Below are positions 17,411 to 31,100 of a DNA stretch of 64,000 nucleotides, one piece after another. Where the stretch lies: positions 397,854,001 to 397,918,000 of the forward strand of contig NW_027362769.1 in the NCBI RefSeq assembly GCF_046119375.1, given 5' to 3'. The notes beneath the pieces were generated by a model that was not told the origin of the DNA, ran no database searches, and saw only the letters and a list, made by a program, of their open reading frames with translations. The position numbers were made by a program, and so were the translations under genes. This stretch comes from Phyllobates terribilis (taxonomy: Eukaryota). How positions within the stretch are numbered: the first letter of the stretch is position 1; each line of letters starts with the position of its first letter.

Positions 17411-18714
17411 TCCAGTCATAAGATCGTGATTGTAACGCAGTGCAACACCCACAAGCCAAACATTGATTGCACCATGGCTGCAGATGTTATCATGTTCTAT
17501 TCTTCCACATCCAGAATCAAGATACAAGGAAGAGAATGCAAGATTTCATAACTCTGCATATGCTTCATTAGCTAATTGATATCATTAACCCCTTGCTGAC
17601 ATATTTGCAACACAATGAGAAGGAGTCTCGTCAGCAGTCCATCTTTACTTCTGGCCTAGATGGTAGTTGTGTCCTCCTTGCATCTGTGTTGGTTAGTCAA
17701 TTCTCTGTAAAATCTAAACATTTTGTCACAGGTCACACCAAAATCACCAAGGAGCCCCAACGGGTAGATTATGGAGGTCCCACCTCTGCAATACACTAAT
17801 CTGTTCCATACATGGTTGCACTGTGGCTGGTCTCTCCTCTCCCCAGCAGTGCGTTTCCTACATCCGTGCAGGGGTCACCCTGGTATCCGGTGCACAATGC
17901 TGGTGTCACCAATAGATAGTTTGACCCTGGAGCTTTTCGTTCTTAATCTTATGCTATTCAGACCTCCTCGGATTTGGAAACAGACCATTCGGCACCTTCT
18001 GCTGATTAACTCCTTCTGTGCTGCTCTGCAGCAATGCCTTGTATTGGCCACTTCTAGTGATGAGGTCTTCAGGGGTCCAACATATAGTCCTGCTAGTGCA
18101 CTGACGTGTCCGTCTGTTCCTCTAGTTATACTCCCGTTTGCCTGTGTATGAGCGAGCTCCATTCCTGGACTCTGCCTATCTACTTGCGCCTTGGATTTGT
18201 CTGTGACCTACAATTCTACATCTTCGCAAACTCCACAAAGTCCGGGGGACCAGTGCTTTAAATAGAGGAAGCTCTTGCCTTGGAAGTGTCTCCACCTCTG
18301 AGTAAAAAGAAACCCGAGTCTTGGTGGCTTCTTCTCAGACCAGATCTCTACTGTAATTACCTGTTCAAAGCAGGAAGTACCTAATTCAATGTAGGTTGAA
18401 GTGTCAGCTCTTTCTCACTCCTCCAGTTATAATTAATCCCGTATTTTCCGGAGGTGTCTGTATGGATTTTATAATTTTTCCTTTACGACAGATTGTTAAG
18501 TTTCACTCAGGTACAGACGTTCTGCTCTTTTATTGCGGTTTGTTGAGGACCAAAAAAAACTTTTATAGTTTTATTGGTGTAAAGTTCATTCAGTAAATGT
18601 TATATACTGTAATTGCAGTGGGATTTATTACAGGACATAGTGCAGTACATTTATTTTATTCCTTTTTTTTTCTCCCTTTGTAGGCATTATGAGGATACTT
18701 TGTACTATAGCTTG

Positions 18715-18800
18715 ATTATTGTAGCATGGCCATGACTTGGGACAAGTTTTGAAGCAGTTCTGAAGTTTTTCCACATCAATAATGCAGAAAATCACCAGTA
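18715..18800 (+). mobile_element. piggyBac transposase relic
   Basis: With one frameshift it reads SMAMTWDKF/EAVLKFFHINNAEN, resembling the piggyBac M(S/T)RxRFExILxFLH motif. Confidence 0.4.
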
Positions 18801-19561
18801 AGCCGCAAGGAGTAGATGACGGAGGTCCCTTCTGTTCACTGCTTCTTGTTATGACGTTTTTAGGGATCGTCTCTTTGGCTCAGCCAGTTCATGATGTCCG
18901 AGTCTTGGACGCTTTGTTCTTTTATTACTGAGGTTTGTTCAATGAAAACATAAACTTTCTAGTTTTATTGGTGTAAAAGTTTGTTCAGTAAATTTTATAG
19001 AGAATTTTTTTGCAGTTTGATTACAGCATAGTATGATAGGTTAGGGGTGTCAATATACTGACCACAACATGGTAACCCCGCCATCTGTACAAGGTGCCAG
19101 TACAGGGACCCCCATCCCACGTACAGGGAGGATCTGCTCTTTCGGATCCAGGGCTGAAGGATGTACCGGACCGTGCAGAAAATATATCATGTGGCCGGCG
19201 CTGAACGCTGCCAGACGGGAACAGTCCTTCATTTGTAAGAGGTGGAGACCAAGAGACCTTTCACCTCTCTTACAGATATTACAGCTCTCGCTCTTCTGGG
19301 ATTTCTACAAGATTTCGTAGGAATTTTTGCCCCTTCATGTGGGCAGCAGAGCGGTAGTGACTTTTCTGCCCTCTGCTTCTCAGCACTCGGACCCCCGCTC
19401 TGTAACGTTACGGGGTCTCCATCTCGTGGCCGAGTTGCTGCGGTTCCTTCCACTTCTCAATAATATCACTCACAGGTGATGGGGGAAGATTCAGGAGTGA
19501 CAAATATCACGGACAGACTATTACAGGATGGTGCTGGTATCAGTGAGCTCTGGGGGGGACG

Positions 19562-22125
19562 GATGTTACACACCGGGAAAGGGGGCGAGTGGCTGGATGT
19601 TAGATGCCGGGGAAGCGGGCCAGTGGATGGATGTTAGACGCCGGGGAAGGGGGCCAGTGGATGGATATTAGACGCCGGGGAAGGGGGCCAGTGGCTGGAT
19701 GTTAGACGCCGGGGAAGGGGGCCAGTGGCTGGATGTTAGACGCCGGGGAAGGGGGCCAGTGGCTGGATGTTAGACGCCGGGGAAGGGGGCCAGTGGCTGG
19801 ATGTTAGACGCCGGGGAAGGGGGCCAGTGGCTGGATGTTAGACGCCGGGGAAGGGGGCCAGTGGCTGGATGTTAGACGCCGGGGAAGGGGGCCAGTGGCT
19901 GGATGTTAGACGCCGGGGAAGGGGGCCAGTGGCTGGATGTTAGACGCCGGGGAAGGGGGCCAGTGGCTGGATGTTAGACGCCGGGGAAGGGGGCCAGTGG
20001 CTGGATGTTAGACGCCGGGGAAGGGGGCCAGTGGCTGGATGTTACACGCCGGGGAAGGGGGCCAGTGGCTGGATGTTACACGCCGGGGAAGGGGGCCAGT
20101 GGCTGGATGTTACACGCCAGGGAAGGGGGCCAGTGGCTGGATGTTACACGCCGGGGAAGGGGGCCAGTGGCTGGATGTTACACGCCGGGGAAGGGGGCGA
20201 GTGGCTGGATGTTATACACCGGGGAAGGGGGCGTGTGGCTGGATGTTATACACCGGGGAAGGGGGCGTGTGGCTGGATGTTATACGCCGGGGAAGGGGGC
20301 GTGTGGCTGGATGTTATACGCCGGGGAAGGGGGCGTGTGGCTGGATGTTATACGCCGGGGAAGGGGGCGTGTGGCTGGATGTTATACGCCGGGGAAGGGG
20401 GCGTGTGGCTGGATGTTACACGCCGGGGAAGGGGACCAGTGGCTGGATGTTACACGCCGGGGAAGGGGGCCAGTGGATGGATGTTAGACGCCGGGGAAGC
20501 GGGCCAGTGGATGGATGTTAGACGCCGGGGAAGGGGGCCAGTGGCTGGATGTTAGACGCCGGGGAAGGGGGCCAGTGGCTGGATGTTAGACGCCGGGGAA
20601 GGGGGCCAGTGGCTGGATGTTAGACGCCGGGGAAGGGGGCCAGTGGCTGGATGTTAGACGCCGGGGAAGGGGGCCAGTGGCTGGATGTTAGACGCCGGGG
20701 AAGGGGGCCAGTGGCTGGATGTTAGACGCCGGGGAAGGGGGCCAGTGGCTGGATGTTAGACGCCGGGGAAGGGGGCCAGTGGCTGGATGTTAGACGCCGG
20801 GGAAGGGGGCCAGTGGCTGGATGTTAGACGCCGGGGAAGGGGGCCAGTGGCTGGATGTTAGACGCCGGGGAAGGGGGCCAGTGGCTGGATGTTAGACGCC
20901 GGGGAAGGGGGCCAGTGGCTGGATGTTACACGCCGGGGAAGGGGGCCAGTGGCTGGATGTTACACGCCGGGGAAGGGGGCCAGTGGCTGGATGTTACACG
21001 CCGGGGAAGGGGGCCAGTGGCTGGATGTTACACGCCGGGGAAGGGGGCCAGTGGCTGGATGTTACACGCCGGGGAAGGGGGCCAGTGGCTGGATGTTACA
21101 CGCCGGGGAAGGGGGCCAGTGGCTGGATGTTACACGCCAGGGAAGGGGGCCAGTGGCTGGATGTTACACGCCAGGGAAGGGGGCGAGTGGCTGGATGTTA
21201 CACGCCAGGGAAGGGGGCGAGTGGCTGGATGTTACACGCCGGGGAAGGGGGCGAGTGGCTGGATGTTATACACTGGGGAAGGGGGCGTGTGGCTGGATGT
21301 TATACACCGGGGAAGGGGGCGTGTGGCTGGATGTTATACACCGGGGAAGGGGGCGTGTGGCTGGATGTTACACGCCGGGGAAGGGGACCAGTGGCTGGAT
21401 GTTACACGCCGGGGAAGGGGGCGAGTGGCTGGATGTTACACGCCGGGGAAGGGGACCAGTGGCTGGATGTTACACGCCGGGGAAGGGGGCCAGTGGCTGG
21501 ATGTTACACGCCGGGGAAGGAGGCCAGTGGCTGGATGTTACACGCCAGGGAAGGGGGCGAGTGGCTGGATGTTACACGCCGGGGAAGGAGGCCAGTGGCT
21601 GGATGTTACACGCCGGGGAAGGGGGCCAGTGGCTGGATGTTACACGCCAGGGAAGGGGGCGAGTGGCTGGATGTTACACGCCGGGGAAGGAGGCCAGTGG
21701 CTGGATGTTACACGCCAGGGAAGGGGGCCAGTGGCTGGATGTTACACGCCGGGGAAGGAGGCCAGTGGCTGGATGTTACACGCCGGGGAAGGGGGCCAGT
21801 GGCTGGATGTTACACGCCGGGGAAGGGGGCCAGTGGCTGGATGTTACACGCCGGGGAAGGGGGCCAGTGGCTGGATGTTACACGCCAGGGAAGGGGGCCA
21901 GTGGCTGGATGTTACACGCCGGGGAAGGGGGCCAGTGGCTGGATGTTACACGCCAGGGAAGGGGGCGAGTGGCTGGATGTTACACGCCGGGGAAGGGGGC
22001 GAGTGGCTGAATGTTATACACCGGGCAAGGGGGCGTGTGGCTGGATGTTACACACCAGGTAAGGGGGCGAGTGGCTGGATGTTACATACCGGGCAAGGGG
22101 GCGAGTGGCTGGATGTTACACACCA
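19562..22125. repeat. 34-bp G-rich minisatellite, about 75 copies
   Basis: Unit GGCTGGATGTTA(G/C)ACGCCGGGGAAGGGGGCCAGT with interspersed variants. Confidence 0.97.
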
Positions 22126-22412
22126 AGGGCAATGGAGGGGCAGATTTTATACACCGGGGCCAGAGGTTATACAGCAATGGGAGAGGTCAATGGAGCTGAA
22201 AATTATACATTGCCTCAAATATGGAACATTTAAACCGAAATAAATTAATAAATAATTCTTAATGACAAAATTGCCCACACCAGTTTCTCATTTTTACATA
22301 GTTGCTATAAAATGGTGTTGATAAATTTGGTGTAAAACAAGGCAATGTCGGCATAGAAGCAATGATACGTTCCACACTTTTTTTCCTGCAATCTCCACCC
22401 AACTATGTAAAC

Positions 22413-22788
22413 CAGGGCTGTGGAGTCAGTGTCCATGTTGGTGGAGTCAGTCTAAAATGGACAGACTCTGAAAACATATAATAAATTGGGTGCAGTAGTA
22501 AAATGCAGGATGTGCTGTAAATGTTTTCGGGAAAGTTATGAAATGTGCTATAAATGTCTGTTCTGTTCCTGAACTCAGGATCTTGGCTTTTAGTGGAGAT
22601 GAATCTGCTGCACTTTATGCACACGCTCAGTAGTGACCGGGGCAGCACTTTATGCACATGCTCAGTAGTGACCGGGGCTGCACTTTATGCACACGCTCAG
22701 TAGTGACCGGGGCTGCAGCTTATGCACACGCTCAGTAGTGACCAGTGCTGAGGAGCCGGGGGTTTGGCTTACAGACTCCACAGCCCTG
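22413..22788. mobile_element. hAT-type MITE
   Basis: TIRs CAGGGCTGTGGAGTC / GACTCCACAGCCCTG; 8-bp flanks ATGTAAAC/GTGTGAGC differ only by transitions; three internal ~38-bp repeats. Confidence 0.75.
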
Positions 22789-22904
22789 GTGTGAGCATCA
22801 GGGTCTAGATCTCTAACATCACATTCATGCACTTTGTTTTGTACTCTTCTTCCTTTACCAAATCAGATCATTTGTCGCAGTCTAACCCTCTGAATTTCTT
22901 GATA

Positions 22905-25900
22905 CACCAAGGTTACTTACCGGTAGCCGGTTTTTCCAGAACCCATGACAGCACACCTGAGAGAGAGGATCCGCCCTTCGAGGACAGGAAACCATCTGAA
23001 ATAAAAGGGTTAAATACAAAATCCAACACCACATCAAACAACACCCAACAAACGTGCACACCCATATGGTGAGAAAGAAGAGGGGGAATATAGGGGTGCT
23101 GTCATGGTTTCTGGAAAAACCGGCTACCGGTAAGTAACCTTGGTGTTTTCCCTTCACCCATGACAGCACACCTGAGAGAATTTTGAGGGACCAACGCTTG
23201 CAGCACCCTTCTACCAAAGGTTAAGTCAGATAGGCAGGATAGATCCAAACGGTAGTGTTTGAAAAAGGTAGATGGTGATGACCATGTAGCGGCCTTACAG
23301 ATCTGATCTATCAATACCTCTGCCTTCTTTGCCCAGGAGGTAGCCACGGCTCTGGTGGAGTGAGCCTTGATGCCGTCAGGGATCGGGGTGTTACTAGTCG
23401 AGTAGGCTAAGCAAATGGCCTCCCTAATCCATCTGGTTATAGTTGCTTTTGTCACCCGATAGCCAATCCCTGTTCGTAGCCTTCCAGGGGAGTAGGAAGG
23501 GTTATGTCTCCACTGGCTAGTTACTTTTATGTATTGTAATAGAGCTCTTCTAACGTCAAGATTATGAAACTTTTGTTCCCCTGGGGTCTTTGGGCTGTTA
23601 CAAAAGGAGGGCAGAACAATTTCCTGAGATCTATGAAACTTGAGCGCAACCTTAGGAAGGTAGGCTGGATCAGGCCTCAATACCTCAATATATTTCTGTA
23701 TTTGGAGGATTTATGGATAGGGTCTGCAAATCACTTACTCTACGGGACGATGTTAAAGCTACCAAAATAATTGTTTTGAGAGTTATGTATTTTGCAGACA
23801 ACTCCTGAACTGGTTCAAAGGGTTCCATAGTTAGGGCGTCAAGTGCTAAATTTAGGTTCCATGGAGGAACTCTGGGTATTGAGACTGGCCTAGATCTACA
23901 AGATTTAATTAAAATTGTAATCCATTTATTGGCTGCGAGATTACGGTTGTATAGCGCACCCAAGGCAGAAACCTGGACCTTAAGTGTACTGGCAGCCAGA
24001 CCTAACTCAAACCCCTTCTGTAAGAACTCCAGAATGGAATTAATTGAAGGTTTTTGGCTTAATGGCTTTCCTAGGAAATCTAAAAATTTTCTCCATGTTC
24101 TACCATAGATTTTGGTGGTTATGGACTTTCTACTTCTTAATAGAGTAGACACTAAACCTGATGAAAAAACCTTTGCCCCTCAATATTGCCCTCTCAAATT
24201 CTACGCTGCTGGGTGGAAACCCTTCGCTTGAGAGTGGAATATTGGTCCCTGAGCTAGAAGGTCCGGGGTCTCTGGTAGGATCCATGGGACTGATCGTGAC
24301 ATCATCCTCAAAACGGAGAACCATGGTCTCTTTGGCCAGAAGGGGGCTATGAGAATCACTCTCGCTTGATCCTTCTTGATCTTCCTCACTACCAGAGGTA
24401 TCATAGCTATTGGAGGGAAGGCATAGGCCAACCTGAAGCTCCAAGGAATCTGGAGAGCATCTATTGCCAATGGGTTTCCCCTTGGGTCTAGTGAGCAGAA
24501 CTTCTCCACGTTCTTGTTTTTGTCTGTGAACAAATCTATCTCTGGTAGACCCCACAGCTGTACTATCTGATGGGATATACTGCGATTCAGGGCCCATTCT
24601 CCTTGTCTCAACTTGTTGCGGCTTAGGAAGTCTGCTCTCGTGTTTTCTATGCCTCGAATATGTAGCGCCGTAAGAGATAGGAGATTTTGCTTCGCTATTT
24701 GAAAAAGCCTGCCTACTGCTTCCAGAAGAGAATAAGATCTTGTTCCCCCCTGGTGGTTTATGTAAGCCACAGTGGTTCTGTTGTCAGACATAACCCAAAC
24801 ATGACGACCCTGGAGTAAAGGGAGGAAGCCTTCTAAAGCGTTCCTCACTGTCCATAGCTCTTTTAGATTTGACAACCCCTTTTCCTCTAGGAATGACCAA
24901 GGGCCTTGAATCATGTGATTTTCTAGGTGTGCGCCCCACCCTGAGTTGCTTGCATCGGTCGTGATGATGTTTTGTAATGGTGTGTCCCACTGGACCCCAA
25001 AGATAAACTTGACCTGTCTATCCACCACAAGAGGGCGTTCCTGGTTCGCAAGGAGAGATGCACCTTTCCTTCTAAATACCCTTTTAACAATCTTTGCGCT
25101 GACAAGATTTCCCACTGAAGGTTTCTTGTGTGAAATTGGGCCCACTTGACTGCCGAAATGCATGATGTTAGAGTACCTAGCAGGGACATAGCCTTCCTTA
25201 AGGACATGTCTGGGGTGTGTATGGCTGCTGAGACCAATTTTGTGACTGTCTATTTTGCTGTCGGCTAGAAGACAAGTCTGACACTCGGAGTTTAGAGTAA
25301 ACCCCAGAAAGGCCTGGACCCTTGCGGGTTCTAGCCTTGATTTTTAGGTATTGACCATCCAGCCTAAGTTCTGCAACACAGCCATGACTTGTTCAGTTTT
25401 GAAATGCAGTGGCTCTCTGAATTCCCCACTATAAGGAAGTTGTCCAGATATGGTATTATAACTGTATTTTGAATGCAAAAAAAAGCTGTCACCTCGGCTA
25501 TCAGCTTGGTGAATACCTTTGGCGCAATCGACAACCCGAAGGGAAGAGCTTGGAACTGGAAGTGTCTGCAACTTCCTTGAATGTAAAGAGCAAAGCTTAG
25601 ATACTTTTGATGATCTGGGTGAATTGGGACGTGATAATACGCATCTTTGAGATCTATCACTGCCATAAAGCAATTGTGAAAAAGCAGTTTTATTGTTGAA
25701 TTTATCGATTCCATTTTGAATGTATGGTTGTCTACAAATCGGTTGCGGCCTTTTAGATTTATAATAGTTCTGAATGAACCGTCCGTTTTTTTTTATTAGA
25801 AAGAGAGGGGATTAAAATCCCCTTCCTTTTTGACTGACTGGAAATTCCATAGCACTCGTTTGTTCAACAGGCTCAAGATCTCTGATTCTAGGGCCAGCTG

Positions 25901-28178
25901 TTCATCTGGGGATTTTCTTACAGGAGTTATCACAAGCGAGCGGCGTGGCTGCTGAAGGAATTGAATCCTTAGTCCATCTGTCACTATGTTGAAGACCCAG
26001 GGACTGGAGGAAATGTTTTCCCAGGCCTGAACAAAATGAGAAAGTCTTCCTCCAACTTGTGGCCTGGCATCATTGTGGAGCTTTTAGGAGGCGGCAGAGG
26101 GACCTCCGAACATATATCCGGACTCTTTCTTGTTCTTGAAATCCCACTTTCTTTTTTCTCCCGGGGGCGACCGCTACTAAATTTCCCCCTCCGAAAATAG
26201 GTCTACCTGGCGTCCGCCGAAAACCCAGGGAACCTTCCTTATTTGTCGCTCACTTTCTCAAGGACATCGTCCAATTTTTTGCCAAAGAGAAATTGGCCGT
26301 CACAGGGGATAGAACACAATCTAGACTTTGATTGTATGTCCCCATGGCATCCCTTGAGCCACAGAGCTCGTCTAGCCGCGTTTGATAGACCAGCCGACCT
26401 AGCTGCCAGTTTTACTGAGTCAGCACAGGTATCTGCTAGGAAGGCAGCCGCACCATGTAATAGGGGGAGGTTGGCTAGAATTTTTTCCCTTGAGGTCTTT
26501 CTATCTTTCAGCTGATCTTCCAACTGCTGTAACCATATCATAAGGGAACGAGCGGTACATGTTCCTGCAATGTCCGGCTTTAGACCTCCTGCTGCGGATT
26601 CCCAAGTATGCTTTAAAAAGGTTTCCGCCTTCTTGTCTAAGGGGTCTCTAAGTACCCCTGAGTCTTCAAGAGGGAGTGCCGATCTTTTTGATGATCTAGA
26701 CACCGCAGCGTCAATTTTTGACACCTTATTCCAGTTTTCAGAGTCCTTTAGGTCAAAGGGATACTTCCTCTTTGAGGATGAAGGCAAGGCTCCTACTTTC
26801 TCAGGCTTCCTCCATTCTCTATTGATAAGTGCCTGGACCTTCGTGTTCACCGGGAAGGTGCGTTTTTTCTTTTTTTTTTAACCCTGCAAACATGATGTCT
26901 TCGAGGGACTTAACGGATTTATCTTCCTTTAACCCCATAGTGGTTCTGACAGCCTTTACCAATCTATATGTGTCTTCTATAGGGAAGCATGGTCTCCCCC
27001 CTCTATCACTGTCTGAAGAGGATGAGGCCCCACTACGACACTGTCCATCCGATAACACAGAGGAGTCAGAAGAAGGATCAGATAGGATTTTTCTTCTTTT
27101 CCTCAAAATTGTTGTAAGGGAACCCTCTACCTCTGATCTGATCTGATGACAGACCTGAGGCTAGCTGCAAAATCCGGGGTACCCTCACAGATAGTTTTCT
27201 GAATGCAGTCCGAGCAGAGCTCCTTCTGCCAGTCTATCGCTAGAGGGCATTTGGACATCGCACATTCCCTGTTCCGCTTCGTGGCGGTAACTTTCCTGGG
27301 CTCCTCCTGGTAATTTAAACACACAATAGGAGTCCCATTAGCAAATATATCTAGTGACATTCACGAAGATCACTCACCCTGCCACTGCGGATATCGGAAT
27401 TGAAGACTGTTTCAGGATAAGCGACGCATCCCTCCTGGAGACTGTGGAGTCCTGAGAAGCTTTACCCTTCTGACTGGGACGACTGCTCCTCCTTCTGCTG
27501 GACCCTCTAGATCGGTCAGCAGACGGAGGTGGTGATGAAGGTGGTAGCGACTGTGGCCGTAGCGACAGCTGCTCCATGTCAGACATTATGTCAGGACTTT
27601 GAGCAGCGTTCTGACCCCAGGTGCTCCTTTATATAGGGAGATGGGCGGGGTCAGCCACCTCCAGGTCCCTGCGGTCTCCTACTGGTGATTAGCCCCCCCC
27701 CCCACCCCACTTCCGCAGCCGCCGCCAGCATTTTGCCATGCTGGCCGGCATTATACAGGGCGCCGCATCTTTTCTCCGGCGCCGCCCCCTGACATCACCG
27801 AGGCACGCCCCTACCCAGCGTGCCCCGCGCCATGACGTCAGAGGCGGCAGGGGGAGGGCGGCGCGGCGGTGTACGGAAGCCCAGGACTCCTGCACCGCCT
27901 GCGCCCACACGTGCAACAGGTCCCTGGGGAACATGCGGACGGCGCTACCAGCACCTGAAGGCCGGCGCCACGGACAAGAGCCCGCTCTTCCAGCGTCGGG
28001 ACAGGGCTGGGTAAGTTTCTTCAGCATGACAGCCGCCTGATTACTTCATGAGGATTCCCATCAAGGACAGGAAACCAACTGAAGCGAGGGAGAGGTGCCG
28101 CCCTTTTATTTCAGATGGTTTCCTGTCCTAAAAGGGCGGATCCTCTCTCTCAGGTGTGCTATCATGGGTGAAGGGAAA
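22905..28178 (-). mobile_element. Full-length but degenerate DIRS1-type retrotransposon (DIRS-A)
   Basis: gag 27586-26239; RT 25984-25344 (DLKDAYYH, YLDNFL); RNase H/methyltransferase-like 25163-24201 (TDASNSGWG, AYAFPP); tyrosine recombinase 24152-23102 (HSTRAVATSW). ITRs of about 68 bp near 22945-23010 and 28100-28168; internal complementary region about 23095-23180. Confidence 0.95.
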
Positions 28179-31100
28179 AAGCCTTAGTTACTTACCGGTA
28201 ACGGGATTTTTCGGAGCCCATGACGGCACCACGAGAGAGAGGATCCGCCCATCAAGGACAGGAAACCTACAGGTTAAAAAGGGCGGCACCTCTCTCCCGC
28301 CTCAGTTTAAGTTAACAGAGCATGAGAGGACCGCCAAGGTTAATTACAAGACAAAAAACACAATATTCATTTTAAGCCAATGACTTTAACTAACTTTCCC
28401 AGAGGGTGCAAAAAAGGAAAATAACCTTACGGGGGTGCAAAACACCAGTGCAGTGAGGGAATATAAGGGTGCTGTCATGGGCTCTGAAAAATCCTGTTAC
28501 CGGTAAGTAACTAAGGCTTTATTCGTACTCCCATGACAGCACCACGAGAGAATTACAGAGACGAAGGAGATTAGGGAGGGACCACAGCCTGAAGCACCCT
28601 TCTCCCAAAGGTGAGATCAGAGGAATCACCCAAATCTAACCTATAATGCCTATAGAAGGTGGAGGGAGAAGACCAGGTGGCAGCCTTACATATGTCTTAG
28701 GGGTTTCCATCGGTCTTCTCGGCCCAGGAAGTTGCTACTGCTCTGGTGGATTGTGCCCTCAACCCCTCCGATACTTCCTTATCTCCCGAAGAGTAGGCGA
28801 GGGTGATGGCCTCTCTAATCCACCTCGAAATTGTAGATTTTGAAGCTTTACAACCTTTCCTAGCCCCCTGATGGCATATAAATAGGGAACTATCTTTCCT
28901 AAAACTCTGAGACTTCCAGATATTTAAGTACGCACCTCCTAACATCTAATGTGTGTAGTTTCTCCTCTTTCTGATTTTTAGGGGGAAAACAAAAAGTTGG
29001 AAGATTTACCTCTCGAGTCCTATGAAATCGTGAGACTACTTTTGGAAGAAAGGCCGGGTCAGACCTTAGTACAATTCTATCATCCAGAATTCGAGTAAAC
29101 AGTGGGGATACAGAAAGAGCCTGTATGTCACTTACTCTTCTTGCCAAAGTTAGGGCTGTTTTAATAAGAATAATTTTATGGGAGGCTGAATGTAGGGGCT
29201 CGAAGGGAGGGTTAGTCAAGGCATTTAAGACCAGGTTTAAATCCCAGGGAGAGGGTCTGGATTTAATAATAGGTCTACACCTGAAAGAGGCTTTTATAAA
29301 CCGTGCTACCCAATAATTAGCCGCTATATCAAAAGAAAATAAGGCTCCTAAAGCCGAAACTTGTACTTTCAATGTACTAGTGGTTAGGCCCTGTTTTAAA
29401 CCCCGCTGTAGAAATTCTAGTATCTTCCCAATAGGGGGCTCATCCTCTGGTTTGAATTATGAAAAGGACAGGAACTTCCTCCAAGTTCTAGCGTAGATGC
29501 GGGTAGTAACGGGCTTTCTGCTACATAGGAGAGTGTTTACTAAATTTGTGGAAAACCCCTTTGCTGGTTAACAGCGCCCTTTCAAATTCCATGCCGTTAA
29601 ATGGAGATTTGAGGCTGGAGAATGGGAAACCGGACCCCGAGTGAGAAGGTCCGGAATGACCCAGGGGTCTGATATTAACATTCTCCGGAGACAAGAGAAC
29701 CATGGTCTCTTGGGCCAAAAGGGGCATATGAGGATCATTCTGGCCTTGTCCGCCCTGATCTTCCTTAGGACTGACGGAAGCAGGACCATAGGAGAGAATG
29801 CATACGCCAAAGGAAACTCCCAGGGAATCATGAAGGCATCCACTGCCAGGGGCCTTTCTCTGGGGTTTAGAGAACAAAACATTGCCACCTTTCGATTGTA
29901 TTTTGTCGCAAACAAGTCCACTGTTGGAAGACCCCACATTGCCACAATCTTGGAGAATATCTGAGGGTTCAAGGACCATTCTCCTTCTTTTAGGGAATTG
30001 CGGCTGAGAAAATCTGCTCTGACGTTTTCTTTTCCTCTTAGATGAACAGCAGAAAGGGAGAGAAAATGATCTTCTGCTTTCTGAAGAAGTCTGTCTGCTA
30101 CTCTCATTAAGTCTTTTGAACGGGTTCCCCCTTGATGATTTATATAGGCTACTGAGACTTGATTGTCTGAGAGTATACGGACATCCTGGTCCTGTAAATA
30201 TACAAGGAACCCATTGAGCGCATGAAGAACCGCCAAAAGTTCCTTAACATTCGAGGAAAACTGTACCTCATTGGTTGACCAGGTCCCCTGAATTAAGTTA
30301 CCTTCAAAATGAGCTCCTCAACCTGTAGAACTTGCATCCGTAGTCAAGACTGCAGTAGGTTTACTTTCCCAAGGGACTCCCCTAGAAAGATTAGTGTATA
30401 CCAACCACCAACGAAGGGATTGTAAGGAGCGAGGGGCCAAGGTAAACTCCTGGTCTAGATACCCATCTGGAATTGAGTCGTTATATAATATATCCCATTG
30501 AAGAGCCCTTGAGTGAAAGTAAGACCAACGCACCACGGAAAAGCTCGAGGTCAGGGTCCCCAATAATGACATGGCTCTACGGAGTGACAGATGGATTTTT
30601 GCAATCTTTTCCTCTGACAAATGGCAGAACTGTCTTTCTGAATCTAAAATGACCCCCAGGAACTGTTCAGCCTTTTGTGGTGTCAACCTAGATTTTTCCA
30701 GATTTAGAAACCAACCTAGGCCTTCTAGGACAGAAATTGTCACTTGAAGGTGGGCTTCGCATTGTACAAAGGAGTCCCCCACTATCAGGAAATCATCGAG
30801 GTAAGGGATTATCAAGATGTCTTTTTCTCTTATATGGGCCATAACCTCTGCCACTAGTTTGGTAAAAACTCTCGGGAATATTGTCAACCCAAAGGGAAGG
30901 GCGGTATACTGGAAGTGTTTAACTACCCCTTTTATTTTAATGGCCACCCTCAAATACTTTTGATAATCCCTGTGAATGGGAACATGGTAATATGCGTCTT
31001 TAAGATCCAAGACCACCATATAACAGTGGGGAAAAAGTAATTTTATTGCCGTTTTTAATGATCCCATTTTAAGAAAACTATTTAAGGATCTTAAATTTAT

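Noticed and set aside
17700-18300. Unidentified sequence with short ORFs on both strands
   Set aside because: No motif could be recognised; probably an old repeat. It needs a library search, and I cannot support a call.
19971-22243. Long ORFs (up to 462 aa) of repeated MLHAGEGGQWLDV peptides
   Set aside because: All three frames give the same peptide because the unit is 34 bp and lacks stop codons; this is a minisatellite artefact.
24201-24800. Adenine-methyltransferase-like segment (DLF...AYAFPP) in the DIRS pol region
   Set aside because: Real, but an already known feature of DIRS1-type elements.
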